This document shows, in pieces, positions 10,732 through 21,022 of a stretch of DNA of 64,000 nt; positions within the stretch are counted from its first letter, which is position 1, and each line of letters starts with the position of its first letter. The notes beneath the pieces are model-generated. The model ran no database searches. It was given only the letters and a program-made list of their open reading frames with translations, and was not told the origin of the DNA. The DNA comes from an uncultured bacterium (lineage in GTDB: Bacteria > Planctomycetota > UBA1135 > GCA-002686595): the NCBI GenBank assembly GCA_943787795.1, contig CALSNU010000002.1, positions 224,001-288,000 on the forward strand, read 5' to 3'. Both the position numbers and the translations under genes were made by a program.

Positions 10732-12513
10732 TCAGTTGAAGCTGACCTCGTAGCCGTCCGTGAAGTTGCTCGTCGCCGAGCCGCCGATGGCGTCGCGGTA
10801 CCAGGCCTGGAAGTTCCAGGTCTCGCCAGCCGACACGGCCACGAGCCCAGTGGGCTGCGGGACCTGGGTGTTGTCGATCGCAAGAGCGATCGCACCGGCG
10901 GAACCAGCGTTCTGGATCTGGCCCGTGCCGACGTAACGGCCGATCGCGCCACCGAGGCAGAGGTTGCCCTGGCTACCGCCGGGGTTCGCAACGGACCCCT
11001 GGGTCTGCGACGTCAGGAAGAACCCGAAGGAGTTCACCGGGAGGTCGCTGGCCTCGAGGACGAGGTCGTTGGCCGACACGGCGTTGGTGCCGGAGCCGCT
11101 CATCGCAGCGCCCACGCCCGTCGAGTTGACGTTCGCCGTGCAGTAGTTCGAGCCCGGGGCGATCGGACCGCTGCTGCAGATAACACCGTTCCAGACGCGC
11201 GGGGTGAAGGCGCCTCCGGCGAAGGGAGCGTTGTCCGCCGCGCCGAGGTCAAGGGTGATGACGCCGTCGGCGCTCACGAAGTTCTGGTTGGCGCCCGTAC
11301 CGTTCGTGTACGAGTGGGCCATGGTGGTGCCGGTGGTGAAGTTGTCACCAACCAGCGCCATACCGTACGTACCCGGAGCGAGGGTGAACGGGGTCACGAG
11401 ATCGACAACGGTTTGGGCTCCAACGCCAGCGCCGATGCCCAGGCCGTCATCCTCGGCCACGAGAGTCCACGCACCAGGGTTGCCCGCGTTGCCCAGGTAG
11501 GTAGCGGGAGTCGTGTAGACCGAGATCGCCGGGATGGCGCCGGCCGTGTTGAGACTCAGCTGAGCAATCGAGATGGACTGCGTGACGGTGATGTCGAAGT
11601 AGACCGCCCCGCCGGCAGCGCCGCCGTTGTTGTTCATGAAGGTCGTCTCAGCGCAGTTCGGCGCCGGGGGCGGGGGCGGAGTCTGCTCGTTGACAACGAT
11701 GGTCCCGAAGCCCGTGGCGCCGTTCCAGCCGCCAACGCGGGCGAAATATGTGGTGCCTGCCGTGACGCCGGCAACCGTGACGCCGCTCTGGAGGCCGCAC
11801 GAGTCGTCGTTGCACTCAATGAGGTTGAGCGCTCCGCAGGTGCCGTCGTAGATCTCGAGGGCGGTGTCGTAGCTCGAGCCGCAGAGCTCGAAGCGGAGAT
11901 CCTGAGTAGTGGCAGCCGTGAAGCTGTACCAGATATCAGGAGCGCCACCAGCGCACGCCCAGGCGAGGAGACCCTCGTCGAGCGCGACCGAGTTGTCGGT
12001 GGCGGCCGGGGTCGCCAGCGTGAGCGCAGCGGCGGTGGCGCAGGTGTCGTTGCTCGCGCCCGGGGGCGGGGTGACCTCGGCGATGTTGAGCGTGCCAAAG
12101 CCGGTTCCGCCGTTGAAGCCCGCAATTCGGATCAGGAACTGATCGCCGACGCTGACGCCGCTGAGGGTGGCGCCGCTCTGGAGCCCGCAGAAGTCATCGT
12201 TGCAGATGATCTCGATCGGGGCCGCACAGGTGCCGCTGTACAGGGTCAGGGCGGTGTCGTAGCTCGACCCGCAGAGGTCGATGGCGACGTCGTCGGTCGA
12301 CGCGGCGGTGTAGGAGTACCAGATGTCGGGTCCGCCGTTCGCCGCGCAGTTGAACGGGATGACGCCCTCATCGATGGCGAGGGTCGTGTCGAAGGCCGTG
12401 GCGCCGAGGGGAGCGGCGATAGCCGTCGCGCAGTCATCGTTGGCCGCCTGCGCAGAGGCGGCGCTCGCGACACAGAGCGCCGCTACGAACGTGGTGCTTG
12501 TCTTCTTAAACAT
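10732..12513 (-). CDS. Paralog of 7596-9002 with two PPC-like repeats and the same C-terminal domain
   Basis: Signal peptide MFKKTSTT...ASAQA; the N-terminal domain is duplicated; the C-terminal DNA is nearly identical to that of 7596-9002. Confidence 0.85.
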   Translation of the reverse strand: MFKKTSTTFVAALCVASAASAQAANDDCATAIAAPLGATAFDTTLAIDEGVIPFNCAANGGPDIWYSYTAASTDDVAIDLCGSSYDTALTLYSGTCAAPIEIICNDDFCGLQSGATLSGVSVGDQFLIRIAGFNGGTGFGTLNIAEVTPPPGASNDTCATAAALTLATPAATDNSVALDEGLLAWACAGGAPDIWYSFTAATTQDLRFELCGSSYDTALEIYDGTCGALNLIECNDDSCGLQSGVTVAGVTAGTTYFARVGGWNGATGFGTIVVNEQTPPPPPAPNCAETTFMNNNGGAAGGAVYFDITVTQSISIAQLSLNTAGAIPAISVYTTPATYLGNAGNPGAWTLVAEDDGLGIGAGVGAQTVVDLVTPFTLAPGTYGMALVGDNFTTGTTMAHSYTNGTGANQNFVSADGVITLDLGAADNAPFAGGAFTPRVWNGVICSSGPIAPGSNYCTANVNSTGVGAAMSGSGTNAVSANDLVLEASDLPVNSFGFFLTSQTQGSVANPGGSQGNLCLGGAIGRYVGTGQIQNAGSAGAIALAIDNTQVPQPTGLVAVSAGETWNFQAWYRDAIGGSATSNFTDGYEVSFN

Positions 12514-12920
12514 GAATTTGAGGAGGTATACAGGGAAGAGAACCTCAGCGCCCAAGACAGGAGTTGGTCGCCGGGAAACTAAGGAGCGGAGATGGATAGC
12601 CGACGAGAGATTCCCGGGCTCAACTGAAAGCTACCCCAAGCGGCCGAATGCAGAGGCAGAGAGTCGGCGCAGTGATGAAGATCGGTTGTGGCGGGGCGTG
12701 AGGGCTATGGGGCGGTGGGTCGCTTTGGGGCACCTTCGGGTCTACCCTTACCGCTCATCGTCCATCGCGTCTGTCTCTCTGCCCAGCTCACAGACCTCCG
12801 ACACGTCCAGCAGCCGAGCCCTGAAGGCCGCCGCGCTCGGCCGTCTCTGCATGTGCGCTCTCGACTCTTGGTCGAGGGCCGTAAGGTGTGAGAGGAAAGA
12901 GCCGTCTACCCCCTCCTGAC

Positions 12921-14621
12921 ATGCGTCACTTCACCCTCATCGCAGCCGTTCTTGCACTCAGTTCCGGCGTCACGGGAACCGCTACGGCATCCCCGCCCCA
13001 GGACGACGCTGCCTTCGAAGCGCTCCTGGAAGAGGTGAACGAGCTCATGCTCCGGCTGCCGCTCCGCTACCACATCCGGGCCTACGAGTCGCTCGCTGGC
13101 TCCCGCGAGCCCGCCGCCATCGAGGAGCTCACACGACGCTACGACAAGCCCGATCTACCGAAGGATCAAGAGCGGTACCTGATGGCTTCTTCCCTGTCGG
13201 TGATTGGCAAGAAGGGAAAGGACGGACTCGTGGAGGCCCTTGCAGCCTGGCGAGGAGAGGCAAGTGCGGCCGAAGACGCCTGGCTGTGGCGGCATGCTCT
13301 CGAGGTGGAGATCCAGCTGGCAGGTCCAGACGGCGCCGCTGAGATCGCGCGGAACGCCAGAAGTACAGCCCTGCGCGGAGCCGCCATCGAGGCCCTCGCA
13401 GCGACCTCGAGCGAACCTTTGTATGACCTGATTCCTGAGCTGCTCCAGAGTCCGCCGAAGAAGGAGCAGGACCAGATCGCGCTGATGGGCGCCTACGCCT
13501 CCGCGCTCACCGCGCTGGGCAACAAGAAGACCCAGACGGAGACCCCCTGGAAGAAGCTGGCGCTCACTCTCGTGGCCACCTTCGAGGACGAGGACGTCCC
13601 GCGAGCCGCCAAGTTGATCCTCGCGCGGCACCTGGCCGCGGAGCTGGACGCGGAGGCCGTGGTGCTCGAGGCCGCGGCGTGGCGGACCCTCCTGGCGAAG
13701 CGTGCCCAGGAAGCCAAGGACCGGCGGAAGGAGGGCGACAAGGCCGCGCCCAAGGCCGACGACGCCGACGACGAGTACGTGCGCCCACGCTTCTTCGGTG
13801 TCGAGGTGACCGGAGAGCGGATCTGCTACCTCCTCGACCTGTCCGACTCCATGGCCGCCCCCATCCCGCCGGAGTGGAAGCCCAAGGGAGCGCCGGAGTC
13901 GGGCCCGAGGGTCCGCAAGAAGCGGAAGAAGGGCGACCTCCCCACCGAGGCCGATATCCCCTGGTACATCGTGAAGACCCGCTTCGATGTGGCCCGCGAA
14001 CACCTCCGGGTCTCCCTGGAACGCCTCCAGCCGGACCAGAAATTCTGCGTGATCGGGTTCGGCACAAGGGCCGAGTACATCAAGGGCACCAAGGGCATGG
14101 TCAAGGCCACGTCGGGCAACGTGAAGAAGGTCCTCAAGGAGCTGGACGGCATCAAGATCGGCGCGCCGCAGGGCGAGCGGGTCCACGGCACCATCTGGGG
14201 TGACACCAACCTCCACGCCGGCCTCAAGCTCGCCTTCGCCACCTCCAAGAAGGGGCGCGTGAAGGGCGCTGGCTACGTGGACCCTGACACCTTCGTGAGC
14301 GGGGCGGACACCCTGTTCGTCCTGAGCGACGGCGACCCCTCGGTGGACGACTACACCGTCACCGACGTGGACTACGGCGACGGGAGGGTCATCACCGACA
14401 AGGAGAGCAAGCGCGAAGGGAAGGAGCGGACCATGAAGATGAACTTCATCGGCCCCTACTCGAACTGGCCCCTGCTCCTCGAGGACACGCGCCGGATGAA
14501 CATGCTGCGCGAGGTCGAGATCCACGTCATCTCGGTCGGCGATGCCGACGAGCAGGCCCTGGGGATGCTCGCGGACATCGGCCTCGGCAAGCTCCAGGTC
14601 TTCGGCCGATCCAAGGACTGA
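12921..14621 (+). CDS. Secreted alpha-helical (HEAT-like) plus VWA domain protein
   Basis: Signal peptide, FFG.....ICYLLDLSDSM (MIDAS DxSxS), GDTN and LSDG motifs. Confidence 0.75.
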   Translation: MRHFTLIAAVLALSSGVTGTATASPPQDDAAFEALLEEVNELMLRLPLRYHIRAYESLAGSREPAAIEELTRRYDKPDLPKDQERYLMASSLSVIGKKGKDGLVEALAAWRGEASAAEDAWLWRHALEVEIQLAGPDGAAEIARNARSTALRGAAIEALAATSSEPLYDLIPELLQSPPKKEQDQIALMGAYASALTALGNKKTQTETPWKKLALTLVATFEDEDVPRAAKLILARHLAAELDAEAVVLEAAAWRTLLAKRAQEAKDRRKEGDKAAPKADDADDEYVRPRFFGVEVTGERICYLLDLSDSMAAPIPPEWKPKGAPESGPRVRKKRKKGDLPTEADIPWYIVKTRFDVAREHLRVSLERLQPDQKFCVIGFGTRAEYIKGTKGMVKATSGNVKKVLKELDGIKIGAPQGERVHGTIWGDTNLHAGLKLAFATSKKGRVKGAGYVDPDTFVSGADTLFVLSDGDPSVDDYTVTDVDYGDGRVITDKESKREGKERTMKMNFIGPYSNWPLLLEDTRRMNMLREVEIHVISVGDADEQALGMLADIGLGKLQVFGRSKD

Positions 14622-14667
14622 GCCCGCGCTCCCCTGCCTGGCGCGGCCCCTTGGTGGGTCAGCAGAG

Positions 14668-15747
14668 TCAATCCGTCCGGGCCCGGGCCACCGCCTCGAG
14701 CCACCCCAGTCCGAATCGATCGTCGGGCTCGAGGTAGTGCCCCTCGCTCCACTCGTTGAGCGAGGCGACGAAGACGAGCGGGTCCTCGAGGCTGGACGGG
14801 AACGCGAGCGCGCTGGAGAGGTGCTCCTGGAAGTGCTCGGGGTGCTCGCCGGTGATGACCGGCGACCAGGGGTAGCGATCCGGGCGCGTCTTCCCGAAGT
14901 CCGCTCCCCTCGGTGAGGCGTCCCACCCCGGCGCGACGGAGGGCATGTAGGGGAGACCCGAACGGGCCCCGAAGCCGGACCACTCCCCCTCCCGCCGCAC
15001 CGCCATCTCGCGGTAGTCCTGCAGGGAGGGCCCCTTCCAATCAGGCAGGAACACGTAGTGGGTGACGCTGTCAAATCCGATCGAGGCGACCTCGCCGATG
15101 TACGCGGCGTTGGGCTCCACCGCGGCCAGGTGAAGCTCAAGGCCAGCCATCTCGCGCAGGCGCTCCCGCGCGGCTGAAACGGCCTCGCGCGCCGCCGCGA
15201 CACCAAGCTCCTTGATGAAGAAGGTCGAGTCGAAGATCGACAGGTAGACGGCGCCCCCGACTCGGATGTAGTTGGGCCGCTGGAAGTAGTCCTCGGCGAG
15301 CATCGTGATGAAGGCGACGAAGTCCTCGACATCCGAGGGGACCCGCCGCGCTGGATCGATGACCGCCGCCTCGGATCTCCGCACCGGCAGCACCCGGCGG
15401 GGCATGCGGTTGGCCCACATGAGCGCGAACGGCGCGGTGGAGCCCTCATCACTCCCTAGATATCCCTCATTCAGCGCCTGCTCGAAGACTCGCTTCCCTC
15501 GGCACCAGAAGACGCCATAGACGAATGCACCGATCCCGTGTCCGAGCGCGAGGTTGAGCCGACGCCCAACCTCGACGGGGTCTCGGTCATCGTACGCCCC
15601 CAGCATGGGCACACGGGGTTGCCCATGCCCACCGAAGCGCGCTCGACAGCTCCGGACCAGTTCCCACTCAGTGAAGCCCTCGTGGAAGCTGGCATCGCGC
15701 TCAGGGATCGGGTGCCAACCGGTGTAGACGTAGGCAGCGAGACGCAT
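14668..15747 (-). CDS. Glycoside hydrolase family 99-like / WbsX family protein
   Basis: AAYVYTGWH..P......GFTEW, LGAYD, MWAN, PGWDASPR and NEWSEGHYLEPD motifs. Confidence 0.82.
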   Translation of the reverse strand: MRLAAYVYTGWHPIPERDASFHEGFTEWELVRSCRARFGGHGQPRVPMLGAYDDRDPVEVGRRLNLALGHGIGAFVYGVFWCRGKRVFEQALNEGYLGSDEGSTAPFALMWANRMPRRVLPVRRSEAAVIDPARRVPSDVEDFVAFITMLAEDYFQRPNYIRVGGAVYLSIFDSTFFIKELGVAAAREAVSAARERLREMAGLELHLAAVEPNAAYIGEVASIGFDSVTHYVFLPDWKGPSLQDYREMAVRREGEWSGFGARSGLPYMPSVAPGWDASPRGADFGKTRPDRYPWSPVITGEHPEHFQEHLSSALAFPSSLEDPLVFVASLNEWSEGHYLEPDDRFGLGWLEAVARARTD

Positions 15748-15875
15748 GAGAGTAGAGAGCCTACCGGCTCGGAGCAGCAGAGTCGTCCCCTGGGCCCCAT
15801 CGCATCCGCCCACTAAGTGACGCGATGAGTACAAAGCTGCGCTCTCTCGGCGGCTGGCCGACGAGGATAGGAGCT

Positions 15876-18800
15876 ATGGAATTCCCGATCGTTGCTATTG
15901 GACTGGCGTCCGGCGCTCTCGCCATCGAAGCCCTCCGACTGAATGCTCAGCTCCGGAGACGTATCGACACCCTCGAGCTAGAGGCCAGGTCGACCAGGCG
16001 GCGGCAAGATCGCCTCATCGAGCGTGCCAACGCCGGGGAGTTGGGCACCGTGCGGCTCGCTGGAGCCGCCGAGGCTGAGATCGCCAGAGAGGGCAGCGAG
16101 GGCTCATCGACCACCGCACCCGGTCCGCGCCCCGCGGCCCCTTCGGTGGTGCCCACCTCGCCCGGCAACGAGGCGACGGGCCGCGGCGAGGAGACGGACA
16201 GCAGCGCCTCCTCCGACAGCAGCGCCCCCTCCGACAGCAGGGCCCCCTCCGACAGCAGGGAATCCGCGGCGGACCGGTGGGCAGATGGCCTGGAGAACGG
16301 CGAGCTCCCCAGCGAGGCATCTTCCGCCGAAGCGCCCTCGAACCAGGGATCGACGAGCCGGCCAACGACAGAGCTTGATCGATCCGCTAGCCCCGCCCAT
16401 CGACGCGTCAACAAGACCCGAGGAAGCGAAGCCGAGAGCTGGGAGCGCTGGCTCGGCGTACGGGGCGCTGCCCTCGTGGGCGGGATCGCCCTGGTCTTCG
16501 CCGGGATCTTCTTCATTCAGGTCGCGATCCAGCGAGGTTGGCTGAACCCGGCCACCCGCGACGCGATCGCCGTGGCGGCGGGGATCGTCGGCCTGACCCT
16601 GCATGCGCCGCTCATCCGACGCGGCAACCGCATCCTCGGAGAGTCCATCAGCGGCGCCGGGACCGTGCTCATCCTTGGGGGCGCGTGGGCTGCCGCGCAG
16701 CTGCACGACCTGATCCCCCACGGCCTCGCGCTGCTCATCATGGGCGGCGGCGTGGGGGCGGCGCTCCTGATGGCGGTCCGCTCGAGCTCCAAGGTGCTGA
16801 CGGGGTTCGCTCTGATCGGCGGATACGCCACGCCGCTCCTGCTGGACACCGCCGCGACCTCCACCTTCCCCCTCCTGGGCTTCCTGCTCGTCCTGAACGT
16901 GGGCCTGCTCGCCGCCATGCGGGTGACCCGATGGAGTTGGATGGGGCTGGGAGCGACGCTCGGGACGTTCCTCGTCCAGTACATCTGGCTTCAGCTCAAC
17001 GACGCTCCCGGAGGCCCATGGAGCATCGTGCTGAGCCTCGGCCTCTTCCCGCTGCTGTTCAGCGCGGTGTTGCGGGCCGCTCCCGGTCGTAGTTCGGAGC
17101 TCCCGCCCGCGAGCCTCCTGGCTCTCCTGGCCCCGGCCGTGATCACCCTCCTGACGACGCCAGAGGTCACCAGCACCGCGAGCCTCTGGCCGATGACGGC
17201 GCTCATGGGCGCTCTCATCGTCGCCGCGCGCTTCATCCTGCGGTCGGACAGGCTCACCCTGGCGACCTCGATCACCGGCGGCCTGACCCTGACGATCATC
17301 GCCCTCAGGACCCGCATCGCCCTGTCGGGCGAGCTGACCGATTGGACCTGGATCCAGTGGGCCATCGGCATGTGTGGGATCTCGGGCAGCCTGCTCCTCC
17401 TCGCGCTCCGCGCCGGATCGAACCGGCGCAAGGACCTGAGCCTGCCCTCCTTCGCCGTCGCCTCCATCGCCCTCCTCGCGGCCCCCGCCGTCGGCTGGCA
17501 GCCTCAGTGGTTGGATCTCCCGATACCGTTCACCGTCGGCGTCCTGTCGATGGGGGTGATCGCAGGCGCCTCGGCCCTGATGATGAATGGGGTCCGCTAC
17601 GCCCTCCTGGCGGGGACCCTCACGGGCCTGGCGGCCAGCTTCATCAGCTTGATGCTGGACCATGAGTGCCTCCGGCCTGACTCCCCGCCGCTCCTCGCGG
17701 GGTTCGCGCTGGCCGCGGCAGCCCTGGTCCTCGGACGCATGCGCCCCGACCGCAGGGACGCCGCCGGCGCCCTGGCGGCCTCCTTCCCCGTGGTCCCGCT
17801 GGTGCTCCTCGTCCTGACCCTGAACACCTACGAGTCGCCCGCAATCACCGCCGCCCTCGTGGCCGTCTCGGCCCTGGGCCTGGCGACCGCTCTCCGGAAC
17901 CGCTGGGTCTTTGTGGTCGCCGGCCTCGTCGCAGGTGCGACCGCGCTCGACCTGACCGGATACCTCGGCCTGAGCCCGCGCTGGGGCGAGGCCTCCATGG
18001 TGCTGCCGGTGCTGAGCTTCTGCGTGGTCGCGGGCTCGCTCCCTCTCGCTGCCCTCTGGCAGCGTGAGGAGAGTGGCCCGAAGGGTGAGGGGTTCGCGCT
18101 CATCTCGGCGCTCCCCGGGCTCGTGCTGGCTCTCGCCGCGTCCCAATCCGAGCTGCTCGAGGAGGCGACGGGACTGGCCATCCTCGGACTCGACGGCCGG
18201 CTCGTCATGCTCCTCAGCGCCGCCGCCGTACTCCACCTCGCACGGCGTCTCGCGAAGGAGAGCGCCGGGAGCCCCAGGGCTCGCGCGGTCATCGACGCCA
18301 CCACCGTCACCCTCGCGTGGTGCGGCCTCGCTCAGCTCGTGAGCTTCGACTGGCCGACGACCTCCCTCGCCGGAGCGGCGGCCGCCTTCACCTTCTTCGC
18401 CGGGCGGGCGAAGGGGCAGACCGTGGCCGTGGTGGCCGGGACGACGCTGGGCGCCGCAGGGCTCGGGCTCATCTTCTCGACCTACGCCCTCGACACCTTC
18501 AGCCGCGAGCCCCTGCTGATCCCACTGGATGTCACCATCGACCACGCCCTCGTAGCGGCGGCGCTCCTCGGGGGTCTCTGGGGGCTAGTGGGCCGCAGCG
18601 GGCTCGGCCAACCCGAGCAGCCCCAGGAGATCATCGGACTCCGCGTCGGCCTCGCGTCGGTCCTCCTCGGCGTCGCGTTCTCGTGGATCAACGCCGTCAT
18701 CCTCAACCACTTCAGCACCGGCGAGGTCATCACCCTTGACGTCGAACGCCTGCAGTCCAGGGACCTCACCATGTCCTTCGCCTGGACGGCCTTCGCCATC

Positions 18801-19073
18801 GTCCTGCTCGCGGCCGGTGTCCGTCGCCGGGTCTCAGGCCTGCGCTGGGCGAGCCTGGTGGTCCTGGTGGCCACGGTGCTGAAGGTCTTCCTCTACGACC
18901 TGGGCGCTCTGGAGGGGCTCGCGCGCGTGGGCTCCTTCCTGGGCCTCGCGGTCTGCCTGCTCGGCGTTTCCCTGCTCTACGGCAAGGTCCTCGGGGAGGA
19001 CTCCAGGCGCAACGGGGCCGGGGGCGATAACCTGCTCCCCCATGACGACGATGACCCACAGCCCGACGCCTGA
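15876..19073 (+). CDS. DUF2339 multi-pass membrane protein
   Basis: AGGAG SD; WERWLG..G..LVGG motif, many TM helices, C-terminal [16 protein letters not shown]. Contains an 18-bp x3.5 in-frame repeat at about 16198-16260. Confidence 0.85.
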   Translation: MEFPIVAIGLASGALAIEALRLNAQLRRRIDTLELEARSTRRRQDRLIERANAGELGTVRLAGAAEAEIAREGSEGSSTTAPGPRPAAPSVVPTSPGNEATGRGEETDSSASSDSSAPSDSRAPSDSRESAADRWADGLENGELPSEASSAEAPSNQGSTSRPTTELDRSASPAHRRVNKTRGSEAESWERWLGVRGAALVGGIALVFAGIFFIQVAIQRGWLNPATRDAIAVAAGIVGLTLHAPLIRRGNRILGESISGAGTVLILGGAWAAAQLHDLIPHGLALLIMGGGVGAALLMAVRSSSKVLTGFALIGGYATPLLLDTAATSTFPLLGFLLVLNVGLLAAMRVTRWSWMGLGATLGTFLVQYIWLQLNDAPGGPWSIVLSLGLFPLLFSAVLRAAPGRSSELPPASLLALLAPAVITLLTTPEVTSTASLWPMTALMGALIVAARFILRSDRLTLATSITGGLTLTIIALRTRIALSGELTDWTWIQWAIGMCGISGSLLLLALRAGSNRRKDLSLPSFAVASIALLAAPAVGWQPQWLDLPIPFTVGVLSMGVIAGASALMMNGVRYALLAGTLTGLAASFISLMLDHECLRPDSPPLLAGFALAAAALVLGRMRPDRRDAAGALAASFPVVPLVLLVLTLNTYESPAITAALVAVSALGLATALRNRWVFVVAGLVAGATALDLTGYLGLSPRWGEASMVLPVLSFCVVAGSLPLAALWQREESGPKGEGFALISALPGLVLALAASQSELLEEATGLAILGLDGRLVMLLSAAAVLHLARRLAKESAGSPRARAVIDATTVTLAWCGLAQLVSFDWPTTSLAGAAAAFTFFAGRAKGQTVAVVAGTTLGAAGLGLIFSTYALDTFSREPLLIPLDVTIDHALVAAALLGGLWGLVGRSGLGQPEQPQEIIGLRVGLASVLLGVAFSWINAVILNHFSTGEVITLDVERLQSRDLTMSFAWTAFAIVLLAAGVRRRVSGLRWASLVVLVATVLKVFLYDLGALEGLARVGSFLGLAVCLLGVSLLYGKVLGEDSRRNGAGGDNLLPHDDDDPQPDA

Positions 19074-21022
19074 GGAGTGGCGGCTCCGGGTCGAGCGTGA
19101 GCTCGGCCCGGACCGGGATTTCGAGCGGTCCCTGGTCTCGCGGACCCTGGAGGGCATCGACATCCAGCCGCTCTACACGGCCGACGCGGCGCCGAGCAAC
19201 GCGGCGGCGGGCGCCGTCTCACCCAGGAGCGGCGGGTGGGCGATCGCCCAGCGGGTCGACCACCCCTCCCCGAAGGTGGCCAACCAGCACCTCCTCGAGG
19301 ACCTCGCCGGCGGCGGCAGCGGCTGCCTGATCGACCGGGCGAACGGATCCGGAGGGGTCGAGCTGGAGTGGCTCCACGACCTCGACCAGCTCCTCGACGG
19401 CGTCTATCTCGAGGCCGTCCCCATCGCCTTCGGCACCAGCGCGGACGCCCTCCCGCTGGCCGCCACGTTCGCAGCGCTCTGCGCCGAGCGCGGCCTCGAG
19501 CCCGGCAGCGTGGAGGCCCACCTCGGTATGGATCCGCTGGCGACCCTCGCCGCGCGTGGCTCGCTGCCGGGCGACCTCACCGACGCCCGCCGCGAGGCGT
19601 GCGCCCTCGCGGAGCACGCAGCCGCGAACATGGGCGCCACGCGAGCCCTCGCGGTCGACGCGTCTCCGTGGTATCGGGCTGGAGGTCACGCGGTCCAAGA
19701 GCTGGGCTACGCCGTCGCCGCCTACGCAGAGATGTTGCGCTGGCTGACGTCCTCGGGAATGGGCATCGAAGACGCCGACAGGCAATTCGTCTGGCGCCTC
19801 GATGTCGGTCACGACCTGCTCACCGAGGTCGCCAAGCTCCGCGCGCTGCGCCTCCTCCACGCCAAGGTCCTGGGGGCCTTTGGCAGCGCCGGTGGCGCTC
19901 CGCTCGTCCTCCACGCAACGACCTCGCCCAGGGGGCTGGCCCAGCGCGACCACTGGACCAACATGCTGAGGACCACACTTGGCGCTTTCGCGGCGTCCAT
20001 GGGCGGCGCCGACCTCATCACCACGCTCCCCCACGACAGCTCCCGTGGACTGGCCAGCTCGCTCGGTCGCCGAAACGCGAGGAACATCCAGCTCGTCCTC
20101 GCCCGGGAGGCTCGGCTCGATCAGGTGGGTGACCCTGCGCGAGGCGCCCACGCCTTCGAAGCGCGCACCGAGGCCCTGGCGCGAGGGGCGTGGACGGTCA
20201 TGCAAGAGATCGAGGCCCGAGGCGGATTCGCCGAGGCCCTCACCGGCGGCGAGATCGCCCGGGCGCTCGGGGACTCTCGGGGGGCCCTCCTCCGCGAGGT
20301 CTCCACGCGCCGCCGACCCATCGTGGGTGTCTCGGTCTTCCCTCCGACGGAGGACCCGGTCCTCGATCAGGGAGACCCAGCCGCAGACTCGGCCGCAGAC
20401 CCGACGCGCGGCGCGCGGCGAGCGCGCCTCGACGCTCGCAGTCCGGTGGTCATCGGCCCCGTTGAGGACGTCCCGCACGGCGCCCGAGCCGCCGCTGCCG
20501 GCGCCACCATGGAAGAGCTCGGTGACGGGCTCGTGCGCGGAGCACCGGAAGCGCTGGACCCGCTCCCCTCCATCAGCGAATCCGCCGTCTTCGAGGAGGT
20601 CGCAAGCGGAGATCAGCCGGCCCCTGTCGCGTTCCTCGCCTGCCTCGGACCGCTCTCCGATCACGGCCCGCGGGCCGCCTTCGCGAGCGACCTGCTCCGG
20701 GCGGGAGGCTTCGCGGCCGCCCAGTCGGAGCCGGCGCAGAGCCCCGCGGCGCTGGCCGACGCCTTCAAGGCCTCCGGGGCCAGCGTGACCTGCATCTGCG
20801 GCACGGATGCGGACTACGAGGCCCTCGCGGAGCCTGTCTGCGCGGCGCTCCGCGCAGCGGGCGCCAGGTCGATAGTGATCGCCCGCCGGGCCCGCGGACG
20901 GGGACGAGGCTCTCCGCGCTGCGGGGCTGAGTGGACACGTCTACTTGGGCTGCGACGCGGCCGCGATCCTCGGGGAGCTACGCTCCATGGCCGCCACCTC
21001 GAGCTCCAAGGAGGCCCACTGA
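19042..21022 (+). CDS. mutA: Methylmalonyl-CoA mutase small (beta) subunit, with an apparent +1 frameshift at about 20881-20890
   Basis: T.EEW...V...L...[35 protein letters not shown]. The natural C-terminus ([21 protein letters not shown]...KEAH*) lies in the shifted frame, ending TGA at 21020-21022. Confidence 0.82.

Noticed and set aside
7596..12513. Diversity-generating retroelement VR/TR pair
   Set aside because: Both copies lie in intact genes, the differences are not adenine-specific, and no reverse transcriptase is in the window.
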